A DNA stretch of 42,670 nucleotides, taken from positions 1-42,670 of the IMG/VR virus record IMGVR_UViG_3300020120_000128. One strand, given 5' to 3'. The DNA comes from a virus. Its lineage: Duplodnaviria > Caudoviricetes. Positions 35,065 through 42,670 of the stretch are shown here, piece by piece; position 1 is the first letter of the stretch, and each line of letters begins with the position of its first letter. The notes beneath the pieces were generated by a model. That model did not search any database, was not told the origin of the DNA, and worked only from the letters and a program-made list of their open reading frames with translations. Both the position numbers and the translations under genes were made by a program.

Positions 35065-35352
35065 TTATTCTCCCGGTACGCGCGTCACCGAGACAGAGAG
35101 GGCGCTGGCGGAGGCGACGGCAATCTGGTAAGTGCCGGCCGGAAGCGGAACACCCCCGCTGGTGCCGTTAGCGGTCAGTGCCGTCACTGCTGTGATGTAA
35201 GTAGAGCCATCTGGGCCAAGCCTCTGCAAAGTGATCGACCCGCTATTGAAGTTGGCCACCGCGTCAACGACGTAAACCCCACCAACCAACTGAAAAGTAG
35301 CGGAGTTTGCCGCCGTCGGCGAGCTATAGGCGAAGCCGTCGGTCGCCCGCAT
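35065..35352 (-). CDS. Small beta-rich virion protein
   Basis: 95 aa, TGATG-coupled in the structural operon. Confidence 0.7.
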   Translation of the reverse strand: MRATDGFAYSSPTAANSATFQLVGGVYVVDAVANFNSGSITLQRLGPDGSTYITAVTALTANGTSGGVPLPAGTYQIAVASASALSVSVTRVPGE

Positions 35353-35570
35353 CAGAGCACCTTGAAGGTCGAAGGCCCATAGTTCTGGTCCTGGACGAAC
35401 CAGTCAATCTTCTCCAGCGCCTGGTAGATCTGCTTAAGCGTGGTGATATTGGCGGTGTTGACCCGGATCTCGAAGTCACCCGCGCCCGGTGCCGAAGCGC
35501 CGACGGTGATGTTCTCCGGGTTGACATCCTCGATCTGGGCGACGGTCATGCTGAGGGAAACGCTGGCCAT
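35352..35570 (-). CDS. Small structural protein, paralogous to the ends of the 515-aa protein
   Basis: 72 aa, TAAGGA RBS; DFEIRVNTANITTLKQIYQAL. Confidence 0.7.
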   Translation of the reverse strand: MASVSLSMTVAQIEDVNPENITVGASAPGAGDFEIRVNTANITTLKQIYQALEKIDWFVQDQNYGPSTFKVL

Positions 35571-35579
35571 GATCTGTCC

Positions 35580-37127
35580 TTAGCTGCCGGTCAGGCCAGC
35601 GACTTGCGCCGCGCGCACCAGCATGTCGGCAAAGGCTGCCTTGAGCTGGCCGTAGCTGGTGATGTTGGTGCCATTGAAGTCGATGAGGATATCGGGCAGG
35701 CCGAGGCTGGCGCCGTCCGCTACCACCGTCGAGATCACCGTCGACAGGCCGGTGCTGACCTTGACGCCGAGACTGACCTCGCTGGAGATGCCGGTCGAGG
35801 CCAGCGTGCCCTGGCTGAGCATGCTGCTGGTGCCGGTGTTGATGACCGCGATCTGGCTGGAGGCGGTCGAGGCGCCGGTCGAGACCACGGTGGCGATGCT
35901 GGTGCCCGAGGACACCGCCGTCGACAGCGAGGTAATCGCGGACTTGACCGTCGACATGCCGACCGTGGCGGTCGACAGCGAGCCGGAAAACAGCAGCCAG
36001 GTGCTGTTCTCGGTCGAGACCTGCGCCGAAGTCGAGCCGGTGGTGGTGTTGCTCTGGGCGGTGCTGAGCAGCGTGCCGATCGAGGTCACGCTGGAGAGCA
36101 GCGTCGACAGCGAGGTCGTGCCCGACAAGACCACGCTGGCCGCCGTCGAGATCGAATTGGCGACCGAGGCCAAGGTCGAGGTGTTGACCGCCTGGCTGAC
36201 GTTGGTCGATTGCGTGGTCGAGATCAGCGTCGAGACGCTGAAGTCAAGCGAGAGGTCGGTCGAGACGACGCTGGAGACCGAAGTCGCCGCCGACAGCACC
36301 GCCGAATTGGAGGTGCCGAGCGAGGTCGCCGCCGAGGTGATAGCCGAAGTCGAGACCACGGTGCTGACCAGCACCAAGGAGCTGAGGAAGGACGAGATCT
36401 GGGTCGACGCCACCGTGGTGACGCTGGCAATCGTCGACACCCCGGTCGAGGTGCTGCTGTCCGACGAGAGGTTGCTGGAGATCTGGGTACCGAGACCGAC
36501 GACCTGGCTGGCCACGGTCGAAGCGCCGGTCGAGGCCGCCATCTCATTGGCGACCGCAGTGGAAACGGCGGTATTGGCGAGCGTGACCTGGCTGAGTACG
36601 GTCGAGACGCCAATCACCGCAGTCGAGAGCGAAGTCGACAGGCTGGTGAAGGCGCTGAGGCCAGAGGAGACATGGGCGCTGGTCGGGGTGGCGGCGTCGG
36701 CCACCATCGTCGAGATCGCGGTCGAGAACAGCACGCCGAGCGAAGTCACGTTCGACAGGCTGGTGCTTTCCAGCGTCGCGCCGCTCAGCGCGGTCGAGAC
36801 GACAACGCCCGCCGAAGTCGTGGTCGACAAGGCGGTCGAAGTGATGCCCGAGAGCGAGGTCTGGCTGGAGACCGCCGTGCTGGCGGAACTGGAGAGCGCG
36901 GTGTTAAGCGACTGGCCGCTCGATACCTGCGTGGTCTGCAAGGTCTCGGCCACCAGCGCGGTCGAGAGCGTGGTCGACATCGAACCTTCGGTCGACAGTA
37001 CGCTGGACACCGACGCGGTGATGGTCAGCCCCGACGGATCGGAAGCGTTCAGCACCTTGGTCTGCGGATAAGCATCGCGGTCCCGGATCTGGGCTCCGTA
37101 TGTTCCTGCAAGGGCGATCCGAGCCAT
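35580..37127 (-). CDS. Ser/Thr-rich low-complexity virion protein (SLST-type repeats)
   Basis: 515 aa, AGGAG RBS; long S/T/A/V/L-rich core almost free of basic residues (SLSTSLSTAV, TSLSTLLSSV). Confidence 0.82.
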   Translation of the reverse strand: MARIALAGTYGAQIRDRDAYPQTKVLNASDPSGLTITASVSSVLSTEGSMSTTLSTALVAETLQTTQVSSGQSLNTALSSSASTAVSSQTSLSGITSTALSTTTSAGVVVSTALSGATLESTSLSNVTSLGVLFSTAISTMVADAATPTSAHVSSGLSAFTSLSTSLSTAVIGVSTVLSQVTLANTAVSTAVANEMAASTGASTVASQVVGLGTQISSNLSSDSSTSTGVSTIASVTTVASTQISSFLSSLVLVSTVVSTSAITSAATSLGTSNSAVLSAATSVSSVVSTDLSLDFSVSTLISTTQSTNVSQAVNTSTLASVANSISTAASVVLSGTTSLSTLLSSVTSIGTLLSTAQSNTTTGSTSAQVSTENSTWLLFSGSLSTATVGMSTVKSAITSLSTAVSSGTSIATVVSTGASTASSQIAVINTGTSSMLSQGTLASTGISSEVSLGVKVSTGLSTVISTVVADGASLGLPDILIDFNGTNITSYGQLKAAFADMLVRAAQVAGLTGS

Positions 37128-37216
37128 TCGATACTCCTAAAATTTGGCCGCCAGCCGGGGAGGACAAGTCCGTAAACCGGCGGCCCGGAGCAGCATGCGC
37201 GCGGCCCCGATTGGGT

Positions 37217-37774
37217 TTAGTTAATGACGGTCAGGTTGAGTCCGATATTGCCCAGCGTGGCCGTACCCGAAGCAACCGTGTGAACGGCAAGAACCACGTC
37301 GATGTAGCCGCCCGGATCGGACGCAAGCCCGACCTGCGCCCACAGCGGCGAATTGCGCAGATTGGCATCCAGGTTCGACAGCGCGTCGATCTTGGAGCCG
37401 GCCCCCGACTGGCCAAAGGCCACGGCGGCGATGAAGCAGTTGGCCGAGATCAGCACGCCCTGATTGGCGTATGCCGTGCCGTCGGTGGTGCTGTCGCTGT
37501 AATAGGCGCCGAGGTCGATCGCCAGCCCGGTCGAGCTGTCGAGGCCCGCCTTGGTGTAGATGTCGCCGGACTTCAGCGTGCAGGACGAAGGCAGCCGTAC
37601 CATCTTGTAGGTAGAGGCGGTCGAGGCCAGCCCGCCCGAGGTGGCGGTGATGAAGTCGGAGTGATTACGCGACCAGCCCGGCGCGCCCGCGCCTTCGATG
37701 AGCGAGGCGCTCAGCGAGGGCGAAGCGGCGTCGAGGGTGGTGATCGAGGCGGATTTTACCGTATCAGCGGACAT
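37217..37774 (-). CDS. Capsid decoration/cement protein (probable)
   Basis: 185 aa, beta-rich, directly downstream of the major capsid gene, TAAGGA RBS. Confidence 0.65.
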   Translation of the reverse strand: MSADTVKSASITTLDAASPSLSASLIEGAGAPGWSRNHSDFITATSGGLASTASTYKMVRLPSSCTLKSGDIYTKAGLDSSTGLAIDLGAYYSDSTTDGTAYANQGVLISANCFIAAVAFGQSGAGSKIDALSNLDANLRNSPLWAQVGLASDPGGYIDVVLAVHTVASGTATLGNIGLNLTVIN

Positions 37775-37785
37775 GGTCTAGTTCC

Positions 37786-38724
37786 TTACGGGGTGATGTC
37801 GGCGCCGGTGGCATCCGCGCACTGGACCTGGATGACCTTGCCGGGCTGGGTGCGGGTCGACCCGAACGAAACCATGGTGTAGATCTGGTAGGGGTGCCCG
37901 GACAGATCGTTGCGCTGGCTGGCGATATTGGTCATGTCGCGCCAGATGCCGAGATACATCCCCGACTTCGCAAAGGCGATGCAGTTGCGGATGTTGTTCG
38001 ACACCTGAAGCCGCTCGGAAACGATGATGTCGAAGCCGAGGAAGCGGGTGATCTTGCCGTCGACCAGCACCGGCTTGTCGTTGAACTCGGTGCTGACCAC
38101 CTGAACCTGCTTGAGCAGATCGGCTTCCTGCGTCGAGCCAATCACCAGCGTCAGCGGGTCCACGTCGAAATCGACATGGTAGTGGCGGAAGGTGCGCTTG
38201 ATCTCGATCAGCTTGGCCACCGTCAGGCCGACGCTGGTGGCGCCCGCACCAAAGGTATTGACCACCGCGAAGCCGGCATTGCCGACCGTGGTGCTGGAGT
38301 TGAAGGTCTCCGCCGAGAGACTGGCCGCATCCTGGCCGGTCTGGCTGGTGGCGAAGGCGTTGGCAATGATGCAGTCGTCCCAGGCGCGGCCGACAGCCAT
38401 GGCGGCGTTGTCGGAGAACTGCGCCTTGGGGTCGACGATCGTCTTCAGCTCGTCGAAGCTGTCGATCATCTGAGCAAGTTCGCCGTCCTGCGGGAAGACC
38501 CAGCGGCGGGTGAAATCGACTTCAGTGCGCTGGATCGGCGAGAAGCGGCCCGCGGGGGCCTTCAACTGGATCGCAGCGACCTGGTTGACCGGCGACGCCA
38601 TCTTGCCGACATGGAAGCCCTCGCGCAGCTTGCCGCGCAGCTTCGAGCCCATCTGCTGGAGCTTCAGCTCCAGAACGGTCGAGAATTGGGTCGTGTAAAG
38701 TTGGTATAGACCTGTATCAGCCAC
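37786..38724 (-). CDS. Major capsid protein
   Basis: 312 aa; YTTQFSTVLELKLQQMGSKLR, AAMAVGRAWDDCII, GLTVAKL, LVDGKITRFLGFDIIVSERL, FGSTRTQPGKV; follows the scaffold region. Confidence 0.92.
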   Translation of the reverse strand: MADTGLYQLYTTQFSTVLELKLQQMGSKLRGKLREGFHVGKMASPVNQVAAIQLKAPAGRFSPIQRTEVDFTRRWVFPQDGELAQMIDSFDELKTIVDPKAQFSDNAAMAVGRAWDDCIIANAFATSQTGQDAASLSAETFNSSTTVGNAGFAVVNTFGAGATSVGLTVAKLIEIKRTFRHYHVDFDVDPLTLVIGSTQEADLLKQVQVVSTEFNDKPVLVDGKITRFLGFDIIVSERLQVSNNIRNCIAFAKSGMYLGIWRDMTNIASQRNDLSGHPYQIYTMVSFGSTRTQPGKVIQVQCADATGADITP

Positions 38725-38824
38725 AGCGGCGCTCCAAGGTTCAAGGTTGGAGACCGTGTCCGAAACCGGGGGTCAGGCTGATACGTGTGGCGGCCTTACG
38801 GTGTGCGCCTGGTATCTGAATGAC

Positions 38825-38853
38825 AAATTAAACGCCTGCCAGTTAGCTGTCAA
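38825..38853 (-). promoter_or_regulatory. Promoter for capsid and tail genes
   Basis: Minus strand TTGACA-N17-TAATTT, about 100 nt upstream of the capsid start. Confidence 0.7.
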
Positions 38854-39173
38854 GCACTTTTGGTGCGAAGGCTTCTTGCCCATGCAATAATCTTTGGGTC
38901 GTCTTGCCGATGCCGTGGTGCCCCAGGATCGCCATCACCCGCAGCGACGCGGTACTCATCATATTCACGCGCTAAGTCACGGATGTCGAAAACGAATTTA
39001 GCGTCGAAGCATAGCTCCTCAGCCTTGTCTGCATACGCTAGCAGAGCTGCCGTTGCACATGGATCGCGGGCGAGTATCGCAAAATAGGGATGTTCAACCG
39101 CTGACCCGTCACGACGTAGTAGGATGGGGTATTTCCCTTCGCTAGTGTCGTAGTCATTTCTCCAGAGGCCCAT
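38850..39173 (-). CDS. Hypothetical protein
   Basis: Start reassigned to ATG 39173 (GGAG RBS); YFAILARDPCATAALLAYA motif; lower GC at third codon positions. Confidence 0.7.
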   Translation of the reverse strand: MGLWRNDYDTSEGKYPILLRRDGSAVEHPYFAILARDPCATAALLAYADKAEELCFDAKFVFDIRDLAREYDEYRVAAGDGDPGAPRHRQDDPKIIAWARSLRTKSA

Positions 39174-39178
39174 TTTAT

Positions 39179-40315
39179 CTACTCCATGACTTTCTGCAAC
39201 AGCGTGTGATATTGCGACTGATTCGCTGGATTGCCGATATGGTACTGCCACACGGCCTCGGTATCACATTCACGCGGGCCTATGTGGCAACCCAGGGCGC
39301 GAACTACCGCTTGGCCGCCCTCACGCGGGTCAAAGTCAGGATAGTAATAGCCCGCATCCTTGATCCGGCTGGAATTGTGGATGAGCGGGTAACCGAGATA
39401 GAGCGTATCCCAATAGAGGTAATTGAGGTCGTTCTCCCACTGGTGGGTGATGACCGCATCAACTTCCCTGCCCAGCATGGCCACGATGCCGTGGCGACCC
39501 TCTGCGGTGACTTTGCCCGCCTTGCCCAATGAGAGGTTGGCGACGTAGCTCTCGAAGTGCGGGCGGCCCTTGAGGTGCTCCGAGCAGAACAGCATCATCC
39601 GGCGGATCTCATCCGGCACCAGACGATGCGCCGCTTCGGCGACCAGCAGCGGGATGTGGAAGCTCTTGACCACGTTGATGTTGGGGTCGAAGGTAGCCAG
39701 GCTCCACTTGTCCGGCCTTCCCTTGAAATAGGGATGGACGCCGAGCGAGGTCATGGCGTGCTCGATCGCCACCGGCGCCCAGATATGTGGGGCCTCCTCG
39801 GTCGGGCCGCCGACCATCCGCGTCACCCCGGCGTTCATGTGCATGTGCTGCGGTGTGATCCACACCGCGTCAAAGCCGTCGGGGCTGAGCATACTGCCCC
39901 GCGCCGCAGCCGCGCCTTCGAGAAAGACGCTCTCGAAATTCATCACCATGGCATTGCCGGCCATGTAGCTGACCAGCTTGCCGCCACGGTCGCGGAAGGG
40001 CTGGGTAAAGTCGCGCTCCAGCCTTATGCCCAGCTCGATGACGACATCGAGGTCGAGCGCGATTGGCCTGTCGTTGATCGTCGGGATCTTGAAGCAGGAA
40101 CCGACCGGGTGCTCGGGCAGGCCGTCAAAAGGATAGCAGACCAGGCTGACTTCGACATTGGGCAGCTTCTGCACCAGCAGCGCCAGATAGACGATATTCT
40201 GGTAGATACCATTCGACCACAGCACGCTGGGCACGTCGTTGGCATGGGCGATGGTGATGCCGACGCGGATCGGCCGGACCTTGCCCTTGTAGGGCGCCAC
40301 AGGTTTCTTAGCCAT
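39179..40315 (-). CDS. DUF2827-like protein, putative glycosyltransferase
   Basis: 378 aa; RVGITI...LWSNGIYQNIVYL, FDPNINVVKS..IPLLVAE, VITHQWENDLNYLYWDTLYLGYPLIHNS, GYYYPDFD recognised as the DUF2827 pattern. Glycosyltransferase (GT-B) function is inferred. Confidence 0.78.
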   Translation of the reverse strand: MAKKPVAPYKGKVRPIRVGITIAHANDVPSVLWSNGIYQNIVYLALLVQKLPNVEVSLVCYPFDGLPEHPVGSCFKIPTINDRPIALDLDVVIELGIRLERDFTQPFRDRGGKLVSYMAGNAMVMNFESVFLEGAAAARGSMLSPDGFDAVWITPQHMHMNAGVTRMVGGPTEEAPHIWAPVAIEHAMTSLGVHPYFKGRPDKWSLATFDPNINVVKSFHIPLLVAEAAHRLVPDEIRRMMLFCSEHLKGRPHFESYVANLSLGKAGKVTAEGRHGIVAMLGREVDAVITHQWENDLNYLYWDTLYLGYPLIHNSSRIKDAGYYYPDFDPREGGQAVVRALGCHIGPRECDTEAVWQYHIGNPANQSQYHTLLQKVME

Positions 40316-40571
40316 GAGCCTTTCCGATCTCTACGCCACGGCGGAGAGCGGTAAGCACGGTCACGACAGCCCAGTGGTTATCAGTCTTAGTGCCAAGGAT
40401 CTCCGCAACGATCTTCTGCGCCTCGGCCAGCAGCGGGTCGAGAGGAGGGTCTTCATGTTGGGCGATATACCGAGCAAAATGCTCCATCACTAGACCGCCA
40501 CTAAACGCCATAGGTACGCCCGTAATCTCGCATGCTCTTGTGATCGCCCACGGCGGGGGTGTGTCTGCCAT
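40308..40571 (-). CDS. Hypothetical protein
   Basis: 87 aa, GGAGGACA RBS. Confidence 0.7.
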   Translation of the reverse strand: MADTPPPWAITRACEITGVPMAFSGGLVMEHFARYIAQHEDPPLDPLLAEAQKIVAEILGTKTDNHWAVVTVLTALRRGVEIGKAHG

Positions 40572-40589
40572 TTTGTCCTCCTGTTAGAT

Positions 40590-41471
40590 TCAGCTTTGGC
40601 CGTAAGCCAGCGTGTGGAGATTGTTCATCTCCTTGACTTCATTCTGGCCGCCCGCGAGATAGCGGCTGACCCAGGTGCTGTCTGCCTTCAGCTCGGCAAT
40701 GCGCGCCACGGCCTGATCGGCAGTACGCGGCCCGAGAGCGCCCCCGGCCATGCCCCCACCAACAAAGCGATCCTCGCCGAGCTTCTGGCCGATCGCCAGC
40801 AGCATCTGCATGGTCTCGGCGCGGCCGGCGGTTTCGCCCAGTCTCTGAATTGCGGTGGTCATCTGGGCGTTGTCGAACCCGGCGGCGGCCATGATCGCCG
40901 CATAGGCATTGTCGGCGATGACCTTGTTAGCGTCGTAGTTCGGCCCCCAGCTCTGGCGCAGCGCTTCGAGCGCGCGGGTGGCGTCGGCGACCTGGGCGGC
41001 CGTCTGCGCGGCGCTGCCGGCTTCGGTATGGCGCAGGATCGCTTCGGCGTGCTTGGCGGCGGCAGCTGGCGATAGCTTGAGATCAGCGGCCTGCGCCCGG
41101 ACGAAATCCTTGAAGGCGTCGTCGGCATCGGTGCCGTCGGCGCGCTTGAGCCCGTCGAGCTTGTAATCATCGGCATTGGCCGAATAGCCCAGCCGCTTGT
41201 AGACCTCGTCCCATTCCTCGGGCGGGGCGTCCGCCTTGGGCAGCTTGAGCAGTTGCTCCTTGGGCACGCCGATATAGGCTTGCGCCTCGCGGTGCGCCTT
41301 GGCGGCTTCCTGGAAGGCGGCTACTGGATCCTTGTCGGCCAGCCCGCGCGTGGTGATATAGTTCTGGGTCTCGGCGTCGAAGCCGGCAAACCACTTGGCG
41401 TCGCCCCCGCCCGCGCCTGCGCCAGCATTTACAGCGGCTGCTGCGGCAGCCATCTCAGCTTCAGTTGGCAT
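40590..41471 (-). CDS. Capsid assembly/scaffolding protein
   Basis: 293 aa; WDEVYKRLG....DDY, LRQSWGPNYD, IGQKLGED motifs; between portal and capsid. Confidence 0.8.
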   Translation of the reverse strand: MPTEAEMAAAAAAVNAGAGAGGGDAKWFAGFDAETQNYITTRGLADKDPVAAFQEAAKAHREAQAYIGVPKEQLLKLPKADAPPEEWDEVYKRLGYSANADDYKLDGLKRADGTDADDAFKDFVRAQAADLKLSPAAAAKHAEAILRHTEAGSAAQTAAQVADATRALEALRQSWGPNYDANKVIADNAYAAIMAAAGFDNAQMTTAIQRLGETAGRAETMQMLLAIGQKLGEDRFVGGGMAGGALGPRTADQAVARIAELKADSTWVSRYLAGGQNEVKEMNNLHTLAYGQS

Positions 41472-41781
41472 TATCCTGGTCCTCCGGTTCGATCTTCATC
41501 ACGACAAAATCCCCGCCCAGGCGCCGCTGCAACAGCTCTTCGGCGGGCAGCTTCATCTGGGCGTCGATGCGCAGCCAGACTTCGCGCCGCCCCTCTAGCC
41601 GGGCATGGTGCCTAGCATCCTCGCTCCAGCAAGGCTCGTCAGCTCGGCAGAACCGAGCCAGATCAGCAAGCACGGCGCTTCCCGCGGCCCCATCAGCAAA
41701 AGCGATCTGATACGCGGTCTTGAGTTCTTCGGTTTCACGAAGAAGCCGTTCAGCCTGCGCTGCCGTGATCTGCTTCGCCAC
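41461..41781 (-). CDS. Bbp19-like phage protein
   Basis: YQIAF...GSAVLADLARFC...ARLEGRREVWLRI; usual position between portal and scaffold. Confidence 0.78.
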   Translation of the reverse strand: MAKQITAAQAERLLRETEELKTAYQIAFADGAAGSAVLADLARFCRADEPCWSEDARHHARLEGRREVWLRIDAQMKLPAEELLQRRLGGDFVVMKIEPEDQDNAN

Positions 41782-42118
41782 TCTTCAGCTCCTTCGCCGC
41801 GCGAGCGCCTTGCAGCGGGCTCTGCCAGTCCCAATAGCCATTGCCGTTCGAGGCCGGATGGTTGGTGCCATCAGTGCTGACGAAGGCCGGAGCCTTGTCC
41901 TTGTGCGGCACATCCTTGATTTCCATCGGCGAGACTTCCGGCAGGAAGACCATCAGCACGCAGCCGGCGCCCAGGTTGTTGACCACCAGCGCGGCGTAGG
42001 GGCCGTCGTAGCGCTTGCCATAGCCTTCGGTAAAGCCGATCCGCTGCATCAGCCGCGGATTGAAATAGTCGACAAATGTGCCGATGCGGGGCTTGCCCGC
42101 GACATGCTCAGTTGGCAT
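41750..42118 (-). CDS. Hypothetical protein
   Basis: 122 aa, overlapping neighbours in the late operon. Confidence 0.7.
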   Translation of the reverse strand: MPTEHVAGKPRIGTFVDYFNPRLMQRIGFTEGYGKRYDGPYAALVVNNLGAGCVLMVFLPEVSPMEIKDVPHKDKAPAFVSTDGTNHPASNGNGYWDWQSPLQGARAAKELKSGEADHGSAG

Positions 42119-42284
42119 TGGGGCGCCCCTGTACGGAAGAAGGCCGGACGGGCTGATACAGCGCCGCGTTCTCCTCCTTGATTATCTTCCGCAGCGATTT
42201 GATTTCCTGCTCCGCTTCGCGCCTGGCCGCGCGATAGCCCTCACGATAGCCCGCGTCATAGGCCTCTCCGCGTAAGTCTGCCAT
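42108..42284 (-). CDS. Small hypothetical protein (58 aa)
   Basis: Below the ORF-track cutoff; GGAGGACA RBS; MADLRGEAYDAGYREGYRAARREAEQEIKSLRK... Confidence 0.65.
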   Translation of the reverse strand: MADLRGEAYDAGYREGYRAARREAEQEIKSLRKIIKEENAALYQPVRPSSVQGRPNAN

Positions 42285-42286
42285 GA

Positions 42287-42670
42287 TTACTGTCCTCCTG
42301 GTTGGCCTTGTGGCATAGGCTGACCGCCTTGTCCAGCCCCCGGATCCTGGGGCGGTCCTCCGGCCTTGCTGACAACCGCCTGAGCTTTTATCATCGCCGC
42401 CTGCGCGGGCAAGGCCTGAATCTTCTGCTGCTCGACCGCCTGCTGGGCGCGAGCCTGGCGCTTCTTGGCAATGGTGTCGTCATCGTTGAGCCAGCGCTCG
42501 GGCACCGCCTGGATCATGGCCGTCTCCCGCGTCGAAATATCGAAGTTAAAGACATCCAGCGGCGAGGGATCCTGGGTCGCATTGACCACTTCGAGAACGC
42601 TTTTAATAGTACGCTTCAGGCCCGCGACATCCTTAGCGCGCTTAGCACGATCCAAAGGACTAGTGTAGAC
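42287..42670 (-). CDS. Portal (head-tail connector), C-terminal fragment
   Basis: VYTSPLDRAKR...LDVFNFD...AVPERWL...KRQARAQQ with a Gln/Pro/Gly tail; open to the window edge. Confidence 0.85.
   Translation of the reverse strand, partial: VYTSPLDRAKRAKDVAGLKRTIKSVLEVVNATQDPSPLDVFNFDISTRETAMIQAVPERWLNDDDTIAKKRQARAQQAVEQQKIQALPAQAAMIKAQAVVSKAGGPPQDPGAGQGGQPMPQGQPGGQ

Noticed and set aside
35307-37175. Long plus-strand ORFs (622 aa and 470 aa) opposite the Ser/Thr-rich gene
   Set aside because: Antisense shadows of repetitive GC-rich codons; no RBS or recognisable motifs, and the minus-strand gene fits the operon.

Overview
The window is a nearly complete genome of a high-GC, short-tailed dsDNA phage (podovirus-type). 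It is linearised inside the packaging module: the terminase large subunit runs off the left end and the portal runs off the right end. The minus strand carries terS/terL and a long late operon: portal, Bbp19-like protein, scaffold, a DUF2827-like putative glycosyltransferase, major capsid, Ser/Thr-rich fibres, an SGNH hydrolase, tail tubular A and B, three ejection proteins, a tail fibre and a holin. The plus strand carries small early genes, an APSE/BPP-1-like replication module and an endolysin with embedded spanins. The replication module comprises an SNF2 helicase, a DUF2800-type Cas4-like nuclease, a DUF2815-type SSB, a family A polymerase and an Hjc-type resolvase; a prim-pol/AAA_25 gene is transcribed divergently. 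No RNA polymerase, integrase, tRNA, CRISPR array or reverse transcriptase was recognised. Promoter shape (TTGAC-N17-TA, mostly lacking T at -7) and the holin type suggest an alphaproteobacterial host (inference). Highlights: (1) a candidate virion O-glycosylation system (DUF2827-like enzyme plus three SLST-repeat proteins); (2) a helicase intein with an HNH-type endonuclease in an overlapping frame; (3) a shared acidic-Trp C-terminal tag on six unrelated proteins; (4) a type II hammerhead ribozyme in the early operon; (5) a PolA with both E710Q and Y766F substitutions; (6) split and decorated tail tube genes. All family assignments come from motif recognition by eye; no database searches were run.
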